A DNA stretch of 64,000 bases from Laetmonice hystrix. Lineage: Eukaryota. This document shows positions 1 through 12,481 of the stretch, piece after piece (the stretch's first letter is position 1; every line of letters starts with the position of its first letter). The notes under the pieces were generated by a model. It did not search any database, was not told the origin of the DNA, and saw only the letters and a list, made by a program, of their open reading frames with translations. Where the stretch lies: assembly GCA_965235115.1 (NCBI GenBank), contig OZ249445.1, forward strand, positions 15,500,001-15,564,000. Direction: 5' to 3'. Position numbers and translations under genes: made by a program.

Positions 1-140
1 TCTGCCTGAAAAACAGTAAAAACAATTTTAGATTCTAATTAAACTCTGGAGCTATTCACAACATTTATGTTAAAAAGGCACGTTATCAGATGACTACTTC
101 AGCTCATTCTTGATCTAGTTATCACAGGTTGTCGACTTAC

Positions 141-287
141 TGTTTTAAGCTGTGCTTCCTTCATTGCTAGTTCCGACTCCAGTTTATCGTTCAGATCGTG
201 TACTGATGTCGATTCACGTTGAGCATTGAGGTAACGTTTCTCTAGCGTTGCTATCCTCTCCTCCTGGTCCTCTTTTTGAGCTACAGA
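141..287 (-). CDS. PPFIA: Liprin-alpha exon, 147 nt: [49 protein letters not shown]
   Basis: Acceptor tattttgttaaag|TCT and donor ACA|gtaagt; conserved LEKRYL.AQRESTS.HD.NDKLE.EL. Confidence 0.97.
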
Positions 288-2887
288 CTTTAACAAAATA
301 AAGAAATAGAAAATATGTTATTTCTGGTAAGATTACCCACTTTCTCTGCGATAGGACAAGAAAAGAAGATGCTCCGAGGGAATTCAGAGACATTTAGCTA
401 CACTGACATATGTTCCATTGATATCCTTAGTCTGTTTTGTAATAAGGATGGCTCAATAACAGAACAGTTAGATACACTTACTATGACTGAGATGAAACAG
501 ATAAAGATTTGTTATAATTTTTGATTACTTGATTACAATGAAGTGATGTTTGGCCTTCCTGACCACATTAATACGGCCAGCCAGTAGACACGAGTTCGTA
601 CTTAGAATGGAGGTAAGGTAGCGTGTACTGGTATGTAACCAAGGTTTCTGATCTCACCCGCCCGGGGTGGTTCACTTGTTTCCCCTACCAAACCTTTCTC
701 ATCTTTACATGTCAGACCTTCGTCTGCGTTATATAACAAGGCAGGTGTCGGGTATGTATGGAGTATACAGGCCTCCATTAGAATCGACTACACCGACTCC
801 CGCAGTTTGAATTCACTGACAAATACACGTACAAAGGCATTGTTCGGGAAAAGGTTAAAAATGCACAGGAAAAAAACGTACACATCCATATTACCATCAG
901 GTTCACATGAATAAACGCTTTTTAGTTATCAACTTAGAACCAAAAACTGAAATTTAAATAAAGTATATCTTTTATTCAGCGAGGCACGTCACAATTCTAT
1001 TTTTTTCCTGACTTACTCCGCCTCCCCTTCAAGAAATCTATTTTCTCATGTTTCTTCTACTAGAGTCTATCGTAGAGTGTTGGCGCGAGCCGGTGATTAC
1101 TGGGTGGAAACAGACAGCAGTACAGTCGAATGAGTAAGATTAGAAGCTGTCGTTAACTGATATCGACGGTCCTACACCTGAACGTTTCCGTCTGGCTTCA
1201 AACAATTACCTGTGTAAAACTTCAATTACCTCTACCTGATGAGATCTCACTAGGAAAACCTTCCAACTAATATATCGTCGCCGCTACTCCCTAGCTGGAT
1301 AAATTAACAATGGCCAATAGCACGAACCACAACAGTGCGGAGATTTTATGGAGTATGTATTAGAGATGTCGCCATATTCAGACTGACTTTGGTGCCTCTT
1401 CTAATTCATAATTGTCACATCGAGTGGCGTGTCAAGCTATGTTTTCAAGGGTGCACAGTAATCGGGTGATCCAGTATTCTCGACGTACCTCACTGACTGC
1501 CTATAATATCTGCAGAACCTTGTCCACACTGACTTATCAAATATCCCCGCAACTCTTACCACTGACTTAAGGGCCTGACCCACTAAGGCGATTTTCCTTG
1601 CGACGTCCACGCGATTTTGACATCACCCCCCTTTTATTTTAGTGTGATTTTGAGATTAGAGGATGGAACCCATTTCTAGTCTAGTCTACCTGCCTACTGA
1701 ACTACATGTGTGCCAAGAATGCTCACGAGAGTCTGGTGGACCTTCAGTACTCTAAAGAGCCATCTCCCTTGGCGAGTGGTCAACCCGGACCTGGCTGAGA
1801 GTCAATGTGAGCCCAGCCATACTGGTTCCTACAACCACCACCACCATCCCATCCCATTATACACACTCCCATCTTCCCATTGCACCATCGGGTCCCAAAC
1901 TCAACTTCTCAACTTCTAACAAAGCGAATTCGTCCAGAACAATCGCCGCTCCGTAATTGGAGGGCGATGAATAGGGAGCACCTGGAGGAGGTCCTCCGTG
2001 CTGGAGGAGCGCGCTGAGGACGACACGTTTTCCACCCTTCCGTCACAAAGACCTTGTGTTTGGAAGCCCCCAAACGAGGCGCCTGTCAGCAAATAGTTTG
2101 CCACGTGTTGGCGTCGTCGATTGGCCATCAGACCGGCTCATTGTCTCACGCCGGTCGCTTTGTGCCGGTACCTGCCTCCAGTTAGATAATCAGGCACCAA
2201 TTAGTTTATGGCTGCCAGGATCAATCAATAAGCAAGCCCAGTTTCACTACGTTTCTGCCGTTTGTTTCAATCCACCTACCCCGTCTCTCCACCCACCCCC
2301 ACCGGCGTCTCTCGGACTCCTATCTTCACTCGCTCACTTTCTATCTCTTTCTCACTCTTCCTTAGAGCTGGCGTGAATTGTCATGAAATAATCGCAAGCC
2401 ATCCCAATTACTTATTTAGTGACGGCGGCCAGGCCTGCCGCAGGGATGTCTGCTACTGCCAACTCTATCCACTGTAACCTGACCACTCTATCTGATGTCC
2501 CCCACATCAAGGCTCAGCACCAGTTTCACTTTCACACGATATGCGTCATTAGAATCGTTTAACATTTAGCGTTTCTCCAGCCGTATCCACTGGGTTCAGA
2601 CAAGTGCTAGCAAACACACGGCCATCAAGGAAACCCCCAAAGCTCTCCTAAAGCCGGCAATGGGTAGCTCTAAATGAGCAGAGCTCAAAGTGGTACAGCT
2701 CAAAGGGCCATCAGGACGCCAGTTCAGGTGTCTCCAGACTGATGGGTCTGTGAGTCTGCAGTCCTGTACATATTAACTGATCACTGGCAGTCAGCATGCA
2801 GACTTCTCCATGTATTATCATGTATAAAAGCCTAGTTCCATACTACAGACTGCCGGGGGGGGGGGGGGGGAGAATGATCCACATTGT

Positions 2888-4539
2888 CTGCAGGCTCTGT
2901 TTCAAAATTGGTCATCATCAGATGGAAAAATTTACCTGCGGCTTTTCATCGTTTTTGTTGTGTTTCTCTAAAGCAGAATATGTCAGCTTTATATATTTGA
3001 GGAAACTTTTCATTTCTTTCAACCAAATGATGATTTTTCAGGCACTTTTTCACCAAAAATGTGGAAGAGTTTTGGTGTCGGACGGAAAACAGAAAAAAAA
3101 TAATTAAAATTCAGGAAAAATCATCTGGCAAAATGTTACACCGTATTGATAAAGGATGCAGAGGCTTCAGTGATATAAAAAAGATTTTGCGTTCCAAATA
3201 GTGCTACAAGTGGTTTGAAAATGGACAGTTTTGGGAAAGAACATGACATTTTGAGGGTTTAGACAGGTTTGGTATTTATTTGTTAAAACTAAAGAACTTA
3301 TATTTTTTAAAATGCCACCACCTATCAATGGCGATGTGGGGTGACCACATGGCACATGCAAAAATTTGTATCAACCCTTCCACTGATTGACACTGACCCC
3401 CCAAAATATTTTCCGTCCGACACCAAAACAATTTTCCGTCCGACACCAAAACAGATTCAGCGAGTCTGGTCGAGTATGTGACCACTAATTCGTGTTTTTC
3501 GTGATGACTTCCGAAAAAGATCAGACACAGAATGATAGATAACATTATAAGGCAAGGCTGGATAGGTGGCAGCACTGAGTTGGAGCAAGATATAGGCCTT
3601 GTTGGTAGCGGAACTCTGTTTTTGGATTCCAGATTCTTGGTGAGATCACACATTTTCATGTTCCAGCTTGTTTAGGACTCATAGATGGTTTTCTACAGTA
3701 TTTTACGTTATTGTTATCTGTTTATTTTTATTCATCAAAAGATGTGTATTAATTTTTTTTATTTAAATTCACTCTTCTATCTTTCTGGCAGATGACTGCA
3801 GCACCTAGTGCACTGTTTCTTGCCAAAGCTCTTTGATGCAAAAGAGGATGAATGAAAGGGGAGGTCAGGTTGAAGTTTCTGGTGAAATTTTAAAGATGGA
3901 CCTCATCAAGGATGAGAAAATCTTGTGCTATACCAGTTCTTCACTCATGACCTAGTTAGTACAAGGAAGCATCCTCACATAGAGAAAAGGTCGGTTTCAG
4001 GGACAAACTGTACTTAGAAAACTTCAGAGGATGGAGTGAAAACACATAAAGAGGAAGGAAGTCAGCAACGGCTTACTTCTGTTTGGTTTCCATCTAATAA
4101 TGCATGGGTCAACATTTGATTCCGTCCGACACCAAAATAAATTCCGTCCGACACTAAAATGAATGTGGTTCTAGGGCAGATCTAGAAGGGGTTAATCTTA
4201 AAATCTCATCAATATGTCTGCATAAACTGTACTGACCCTGGATCTCTATGATATGGATAAGCCACGGTAGCCTTTTCAAATTTTGATAGAATACTGAATT
4301 TACTTGGAAAGGAATTTACTTGGATCTATCGATCCGTCCGACACCAAAACTATTTTCCCTCCTCAGGCCATTAAGGGTTAATATATGAACCTGAAATTGA
4401 TGGTAGCATTTCTCCATAGTATCTCCAGTAACACACCAAAATTTGGTTGGCCCAGTAATTTCCAGCTCGACATAAAGTTTATTTGGATGTATCAATTTCC
4501 GTCCGAACCAAAATTCACTTTTTGAAACAGAGCCTGCAG
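2888..4539. mobile_element. Non-autonomous DNA transposon (~1.65 kb) with perfect terminal inverted repeats and repeated internal motifs
   Basis: CTGCAGGCTCTGTTTCAAAA (2888-2907) is the exact reverse complement of 4520-4539. There are seven copies of TCCGTCCGACACCAAAA or close variants (one inverted at 3070; others near 3409, 3432, 4120, 4142, 4333, 4496). No intact transposase ORF. Confidence 0.8.
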
Positions 4540-5280
4540 TCCGCGCCTTTGATGTTTACAATCTGTTCACACCCCGTTTCCCAGCGAAGCATCTTTTATG
4601 ATCATTAGAGAAATGTGGGCCACACATCTGCCTTTTGGAGTTAAGCCATGTGAACCAGTACTTCTAATGTTGGAAGGCCTCTATATCTTAATTATTAAGG
4701 CACCATTTCGCCCGTATTGCCCGAGTGTCCGCCACATTAATGACTGCACCAAGATTGCCATCAATTCGCCGGCGTCAACATGATTGGAAGCCACAAGAAC
4801 TTGTGGTGCCTTATTGACTTTCATATCCTAATCACTATAACTGGCGCAACCAAGTCAACGACCTGAAAGTCATGATTTGGCACAGCCTGCCTCATGAGCA
4901 AGGAGCGATGAATTATTACCTTGACATTTGCTAACCGCAATATTTTTCTAAGGACTTTTACAAGAAGGTAAAACCTCAATAAAAGGTCAGTTTGGTCATA
5001 AAAACGGGTTTTAAATCATGCGCTGACTGTATGTAATATACACTCAGCCCCTTAAATCCTCTGCCCTGAAAAGTCTGACGTCCTTGGGAAACTTGATGCA
5101 GTCGGTAGAATGGTGGTGGTGGGTGGATTAAAACATACCAGCAGATAGTACTGCCAAGACAGAGGCCACTAATAGCTGAAGTGCGTGCGAGTTAGCGGCG
5201 TGTCTGGATGGCGGCCTGACGACGCACGGAACGCTTCCTGCCCAGTTTACCGAACCATCGATCTGTCACAGCGGGGGGTC

Positions 5281-5649
5281 ATGTCTGATTGGTCAGACCC
5301 ACCCTAACGACGGGTGGCTGGCCGTGTCTGATTGGTCAGACTCACCCTAACGACGGGTGGCTGGCCGTGTCTGATTGGTCAGACCCACCCTAACGACGGG
5401 TGGCTGGCCGTGTCTGATTGGTCAGACCCACCCTAACGACGGGTGGCTGGCCGTGTCTGATTGGTCAGACTTACCCCAATGGCTAGTGGATGGTCGTGTC
5501 TGATTGGTCAGACCCATCCTAACGGCTTGCGGGGATCGAGTCTGATTGGTCAGATCCACCCCAACAACTGGTGGCGGGAGGTCGTGCCTGATTGGTGAGA
5601 CCCACCCCAACAACTGGTGGCGGGAGGTCGTGTCTGATTGGTGAGACCC
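5281..5649. repeat. 43-bp minisatellite, ~9 copies, diverging at the right end
   Basis: Unit GTGTCTGATTGGTCAGACCCACCCTAACGACGGGTGGCTGGCC, starting at about 5282, 5325, 5368, 5411, 5454 and onward. Confidence 0.95.
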
Positions 5650-6780
5650 GATCGGCGATGGTTGATCCTGTGTCTTTGTCTACTATTAAATGTCACTAGA
5701 ACATTCGCACGAGTATAATCGTCGTCACGCCAGACTGTTAAACCCCACCCAACGCAAACACAGTCAGTACGGAGACCTCTCCAAATCATGCATAGGGACC
5801 AGGGAACTTTTTGGGGGAAGGGAGCGAAACGCACATCACTGGTGACTTCTAAATAAAAAAAATAATGCACTCTCAACCAGAAAAAAAACATGTTATCTAA
5901 TTGCGACTACCGTTAGTTTAACCAAATTTGAGATTTGTAACATTCAAACTGTTGGAAGCTTCTTCCTGGTCGGCTGCCAACAGTCTGTCCAGTCACTCAG
6001 AGTCCATTTATTGCCACATTACATCAATACAATCAGAAGCTGAAGTTAAAAGTTGCCTGAACTCTCAGCACAAGTGTAATCATTTACTTATGAGACATTA
6101 GTAGAAGTATAAAGATTTCCTTTCTACGATAACAGTAAATTTGGATGTTTACAAACTCAACTGAAACGTTTTTAATTAGTTTAATAGAAACCGGTTCCAA
6201 ACGGTCACACACAAATACAGACCTGTTTATGGGACAGCTGGCAGTGATTCCTTCTCTGCCAACATTTTAATAAATCATAATAAAAATGCTTCCCCCTTAA
6301 CTTCCGCAATTTCCCACGATTCGAAGTCAAATGAACAAAGTATCATTTCAATACACTGAGGTAATTAAGTGAGAAAATGTGACAACCTTTTAAACTTTCC
6401 ATGTTACTCCAGACCTTCTGTTCTGTACCTAACCTGTATATTAATGTGAGCTACAGCAGGCAGTCTGGAGCAGGAACTCTGCTTGACAACGTCTCCCCAA
6501 CCCAGTTCTGACTTCTAATGGTGGCACTGCACACTTACAACCCTGGCCTTTCATTCTACGGTCATGTCTAACATTTTATCAATGCCACTACCAATCTGAC
6601 TCTTATAGACAAGGCCGCCCTACTCTTTGAACCATTAAAACATTTAAACATCTATCTGCACGATGCCTGTCCGTTCTGAGTAAGTCGTTCGAGATGACTG
6701 AAAGAGCCAAGCTGGAACTGAAAACAGTAAACAGAACGGCAACTAGGTGTACATGAAATAATGATAAAATTAACACTTAC

Positions 6781-7002
6781 CTCCCTAAGATCCCGTTGTA
6801 ATTTAACATTTTGCTCTTGCATTTTTATTAATTCCTTTTGTGATACGGATAAACTTTCTTCCAATTCACTAATTTTGTTTGTTAATTCTTGTATTTTAGT
6901 CCGTGCAGCAGTTGCCTCAGCGTTTTGTTTTTCTAGTGTTTCTTGGAGCTCTATAACACGGTTGACTTCTGAGTCAGGGTCTATGGAGCCATTGGAAAGT
7001 CG
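6781..7002 (-). CDS. PPFIA: Liprin-alpha exon, 222 nt: RLSNGSIDPDSEVNRVIELQETLEKQ...KLQRDLRE
   Basis: Acceptor cttttattgttgcag|CGA and donor GAG|gtaagt; RLSNGSID, ELQE.LEKQ and QRDLRE motifs. Confidence 0.96.
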
Positions 7003-7698
7003 CTGCAACAATAAAAGAGACATAGAAAGATTATATATCATCCTACAACATGAATATATAACAACATACAACAGGTAGATACATACTACGGATGTTGATT
7101 TCCATACATGTCAAATCCCAAGTATCAAATGTCATGTAATAACACTGTAAGCATCATTTATTCGATCATCCTTTCATTTGTACAACAACCCCAGCTCCCC
7201 GACCGTGCCCCTTTCCAACCAGTCTCCCCATCATGTCTTCTGTTCCCCCCTCCCTTTTCAGTGATTTGTACAGATACGGTGAGGCCGGCTGTGGTTGAAG
7301 GTGACGCCTACACCTGTACCTCTCCCGTTAAATATTACAACCATTGTACCTGTGTGCTGCTCCCTGTATCTTACAACCACCCACATCATGTGACATGAGT
7401 CGGTCCCCAACACTCGGTTACCATTCCTGACGGCCAGTCCCCACACACCCTTCTCTGGCACCATAATTACGTCATAATTCAACTAACATAATTACGTCAT
7501 GATTCACAAAGGAGAATCCATTGATCAAATAGAAAGCGGCGATTTAAATGATATATTTTAATTAAATTATCTGGGTGCACTTCTCAAGTTTATCATGTAA
7601 TCATGTCAGATTACTGCTATAAATGTACACTCGGGGAACGTTTCAAGTATCAGTCTCTAATCGTCTACGACAGGCGTTCATCTTGTGTGAGAGACCAC

Positions 7699-7822
7699 GG
7701 CCCAGTTCGTGAAAACTTAACATCTTGCTTAAGCTTAACGTTTCTGATTGGCTAGTCTGCTTAAACCAGCCAACCAGAAGCGTTAAGCTTGAGCAAGATC
7801 GTAAGTTATTACGAACTGGGAC
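7699..7822. mobile_element. 124-bp palindromic MITE
   Basis: Arms 7699-7753 and 7768-7822 are reverse complements at 47/55 positions around a 14-nt loop; GGCCC-type terminus. Confidence 0.7.
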
Positions 7823-7852
7823 TCCCACCGCCACTCCGAATCTTGATGCTCT

Positions 7853-8031
7853 GGGCCCGGTTTTTAGTTCGTCATTTTACCAATCTTAAGACTGGAATTT
7901 TAAGAATGGCTTGTGTTATGGTCTCACATTGGTTGACTTCATTAGAAGGAACAATCAAAATCGTTGAAACAAGAGTTCAGTCTTAAGTTTTGAATCTTAA
8001 GACTTGGGTTGCAAACTAAAAACCAGGGCCT
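7853..8031. mobile_element. ~180-bp MITE-like element
   Basis: Imperfect TIR GGGCCC-GGTTTTTAGTT / AACTAAAAACCAGGGCCT, with internal TCTTAAGA(CT) repeats. No clear TSD. Confidence 0.45.
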
Positions 8032-8817
8032 GGGTTCCAGTCTACCGTCCACCTGACCACCCACCCCCCGCCCTCCCTGCCACCCTACCCCGGGTCTGGT
8101 TTTATAGGTGGACTCGTGTCTGGGTGACCACTCACATCGACTTGCTGATTTAGAAATGAGGTTATTACCGAGTGGTGCCCCATTCACTGCCAGGTTAACG
8201 GTATTAACAAAGACCTTCTTTAGACGAACCCCTGAATAGTTACCGTATCACCAGAACACACAGCTGGGGTTCTCACAAAACACGACCCATTCATCAATCA
8301 GTGACCTTGCTCCATTGATAACAAATCGTTTACTTGTTGTTTTATCCCGACAGATCTCGAGTGTCTGATAACTAATCATTGAGTTATTGTCTGGCCTGAT
8401 CTCTAGACTATCTGTGTAAACGTGCGATAGTTCTCCTGGCAGCCCATGGATACATCAATTATCCATACAGTGTGTCCTGCATAATGTATCCATACACAGC
8501 TCTAGTCAACAGCTAAAACTCAATCAGCCAATCCGGCTTCCAGACTCCAATGTTATGGTTCTTCTGTCCTAATTACCTGACCCAATCAGACACCTCTAAA
8601 CGTCTGACGACTCCCCAGTAACCTGCCTCACAACGACTGGTGGTAATCTTTCACTATCTGAGAACCCTGACTGGTCCTTGGTTTCCAAGTACCATCATTC
8701 TCTAGACATATCCATTTATTCTACATGCCGGGGACACCCTTTCACACGGCCATCTACAATATCAAAGTTAATGACATTTTCTCCGCCTATTGCCCATACA
8801 CTACGGGTTGGCTGAGA

Positions 8818-9575
8818 CCAGGGTAACTTTTGCTGTCCGTATAATTGACGAACGGTGCTGGTAAAGAGCCACTTGGGATGGGGTGTAGTAAAGCCCTGCT
8901 ACAGTGGGGGTGTGCCGGGTTGGTGCTGGGCCTGGCCGGGGAAACCAGCCCCACCACCGGCCTCTACGGCTAACACCTCTAGGCTGGACCGACACCGCGC
9001 ACACCGAGGGTTGGGTCGGTGATTTGTATTCTCTGGTCATATGGCGGTAGCTCGAGAACTGGCCCCTGAGGAAATCTACCATGGCAACGGCGGCTGGTTG
9101 GAGGGCGTACTGATGTGTAGGAAGGCTGGTGGGGGTGGCGTGTAGGAAGGCTGGTGGGGGTGGCGTGTAGGAAGGCTGGTGGGGGTGGCGTGTAGGAAGG
9201 CTGGTGGGGGTGGCGTGTAGGAAGGCTGGTGGGGGTGGCGTGTAGGAAGGCTGGTGGGGGTGGCGTGTAGGAAGGCTGGTGGGGGTTGGTCAGTGTCAGC
9301 TCGACAAGACGCTAACACCCTGCCGTGCTAGCTTACATGGGTTCCGTCCTTGTAATGGGCGAGCTCACGACGAGCATCAGTAGTAGTAGTTTAACAAAAT
9401 GGGGACTGGTAGCAGGCTCATATATATCGACTGAGTCGGATTCAAGACTGGTTCTAAGACACTGGGTTCCCCGGCCAGCACCTACCCGGGACACCCCCAC
9501 AGTAGCAGGTCTATGCTACACACCCCATCCCAAGTGGCTCTTTACCAATTATACGGACAGCAAAAGTTACCCTGG
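8818..9575. mobile_element. Fold-back element with ~115-130 bp inverted arms enclosing a minisatellite
   Basis: 8818-8847 is the exact reverse complement of 9546-9575 (30 bp) and 8859-8886 of 9520-9547 (28 bp). Similarity continues to about 8946/9464. Termini are CCAGGGTAAC...GTTACCCTGG. Confidence 0.7.
9115..9288. repeat. 25-bp G-rich minisatellite, ~7 copies
   Basis: Unit GTGTAGGAAGGCTGGTGGGGGTGGC. Confidence 0.97.
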
Positions 9576-11657
9576 CTTGAAGACATTTGGGTTCAGTCAT
9601 GTTTATTCAGATATTATTTAAGTAGGGGTATATTAATATACGGCAGGTTTGGTTGAAATTATTCCAAGTAAACAAAAGTATCGTCATTGGCCAAGTTTGT
9701 GACCACTATCATGGCAAAACCTGTAATGCGGAGTACCAAGTCTGATATAAAATCTCCCATATGCAACCAATGTGTGTGCTGTCGCGTCATTTGATCTAAG
9801 TATGAGGTCGGTAAAAGACTAAAAAAGTGCCTAACGCCTGTATCTTACCTGTCATTTAGGGTACATCTAGGTGCGCGGGGGGGGGGGGGGGGGTGTCGGG
9901 GTCAGGCACTCAGGCTGGAGGTCGTCAGTACCTACACCTTACCCCATACCTCCATCTAACTTCCTGTTAGGGGCCAAATCTCCCCGCCGGCCGCCTCGCC
10001 CCCCACAGGGGGTCTTTGTCCCCTAAATGCTGAGCTAAGCATAATCGCCCTTGCTGCCAAGGCCCCTGTTAAGGCACCCGGATTTATGGTCAAATTAGGA
10101 TGGCAATATGAGCCTTTGTAAAGGTCAGTGTCGGTTATTATGGACATATCATGCTTGGTACATGGGCACAGCTACTCTGGCTCCTCTCATACACAGAAGG
10201 AACGCCGGCTGAAATGTCTTATTTCCGCTGCAGACTTTTGTGTGGGATACGGGCGTGTTAGCCAGAGGGATTCACGTCCATCACTTTGGACAGAAGAAAT
10301 AACTTTCTACAGACCTCGCATTCGTATCCGCAATATCAACTTCTGATAGCACAATTACCTGTCTGCCAATAACACACGCATTGGGATAAATTAACTTCAC
10401 TTTTAATAGGAAGAAAACTGATGATGAACAGTAATATAATATGGAAAGAAAAGATTGAAAAGTTTTCTTCATTTCTTGTTTTGTCAATAGGAATTTCTAC
10501 AAATCCAAAACATGCAGTATCACTACTACCATCAGTAAAGAGACCGCTGATAAAACACGCCCTTTTACTACCTGACATAGGGCGCCCGCAATGGTTTGGT
10601 GGAGAAGGTCTTGCTAACTGATACAGAACGTGGCCTACGATGCAAAGTGAGTCTTAGCGGGTCCGTTTGTTCTGCCACCGTTAGCATGTACCGGCCAAAG
10701 GCACTGCTTGGATCAATACCCCACTAGTCTACAGTAGTCCATGCCCGCCGGCCGCTGCATGGACAACTCCCCTTTTTAAAAATATATCTTTTTTTTTCTC
10801 TTTCTTCTTTCTTTTTAATGTTGCTATCAGAGGCGCGCTCAGGAAGACGCCCTGGCCCAGCCGGTACACGGGACATGTGCTCACGTTCACGGTCACAAGT
10901 TTAGTAAATGGAGCGAGGGTGAATGTAAGTGGTTTCAACCAGACACTATGTATCTGACTCATGGCCATACTGTCTCCAATATAATCACATTTATTTTCCT
11001 TCCCGCCTTCCGTATAAAATGTTGCGGTAAGCAAAATGCCCTTCACTAAATCAAACAGCTGCTATTCAATATAAGGTTGTTTGCAATATTTTTTAAGCGA
11101 CGCTGGCCTCAAGGAATCAATTGCTGTTGCCAATGCAACACTAGACAATCGTTTCACTGACAGTGTGCTCACCGCAGGCAAATATCAACAAGGTTTGTAT
11201 TGTGTAATTCGATTGGAGTCTGTGTCCACGTCGAGTCGAGAAAACAGTTCTGAAAAATTCCCCACTGTCGACCACTTGTAAAACAACATGTCGAATTACC
11301 GCGGTGCCAACCTCCATCCACCTTTACATGTACAAATAAAAGACGTTCTATCCACGCCTACATCTCTCCCAACAATCTGGCTGTCAATTCTCAAACTTGT
11401 TTCTATTAATTTCTACCATACCCTGACGTCAGTGCCATCCCGCCCCTGGACTCTGAGGTCCCTGTGGCCGGACTACAGGAGCCCGTCTTACTAAGAATAG
11501 CACTCCCCAAACCCGGGACATCCCCATATACTGGGGACATCTCCCAACACTGTTTCAATGGAGGGACTTTTACTAAAGACACCTGACGTTAGTAAGACAG
11601 GCCCCTGGAATGCCGTGTTGAAACCGTCATTCCACGACTGTTTACCAGTTTACTCAC

Positions 11658-11792
11658 CTTTGGATGTTGCGACGGATCTTTTTGTTCTCCTTCTACTCCG
11701 GTGGCTCCCTCTACAGACCCTGACTTGGCCAACTTGGCATCATCCCCGCTCACGTGACGAGCCTTCGCCTCCCTCTCTCTCGCCTGAAATAG
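11658..11792 (-). CDS. PPFIA: Liprin-alpha linker exon, 135 nt: LFQAREREAKARHVSGDDAKLAKSGSVEGATGVEGEQKDPSQHPK
   Basis: Acceptor gtcgatttcag|CTA and donor AAG|gtgagt. It is in frame with both neighbours and sits where the family has a poorly conserved linker ending in K before RLSNGS. A second in-frame acceptor lies 9 nt downstream (start 11783). Confidence 0.8.
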
Positions 11793-12406
11793 CTGAAATC
11801 GACAACACCATACAATATGAAAATGATGAAGATCTTGTCCTCTTTCTTTGAAAGCCAAGTGTAAAAATGCCATCCATATTTTGTTCTAGCGCTGACATGT
11901 CTGGGTAACTTTGTTGTTAAACATCAGGGTTATCAGGCCTAAAACGTCATGGATCCATTTCTGGATTGATCCTAATATTTGGCCTTCCGCGATCACTTAC
12001 ACCATTTGTGGACCAACCATGGGATTCAATATTGACTGATAATAAAAGGTCCTGGATCAATACTGGCATACAGGTATTTGCTGATCACAGCGACAAACGC
12101 CTTTTTAATATTTATCTATATTGTTTGTTATTTGTTCAATGGATTTCATCTTTTATAGCTGACTACAAAAGGAAAGCTGAGATGTAAGATGCATCTGAAG
12201 TTACTAGGATTCGTGTACCACATGGATGTTTAGTCAAATTCTCAACTCAGTCAAAACACTGGAATATACTCTCGAGTTTTCAGGAGGTCCACAACAACCT
12301 TTTAATACATGTCTGACATATCAAGTAATGGAGTAAGATCACCTTATAAGATAAGTTACTATAAAGACACTTTCATGTGGTCTTTAAAACAAGTAGTGTT
12401 ACAAAC

Positions 12407-12481
12407 CTCCTGGTTGGCTCCCGCAAGTTCCTCTTCCAACTGGGCTGTTCGTTCCAGTGACACCCGTAACCTTTCTCGTAC
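12407..12481 (-). CDS. PPFIA: Liprin-alpha exon, 75 nt: VRERLRVSLERTAQLEEELAGANQE
   Basis: Acceptor tgtttgtgcag|GTA and donor GAG|gtttgt; continues ...DEK-VRERLR as in known liprin-alphas. Not in the ORF track. Confidence 0.95.

Noticed and set aside
12159-12183. Plus-strand mini-exon ttttatag|CTGACTACAAAAGGAAAGCTGAGAT|gtaaga
   Set aside because: Good splice sites, but no partner exons or recognisable protein for a nested gene.
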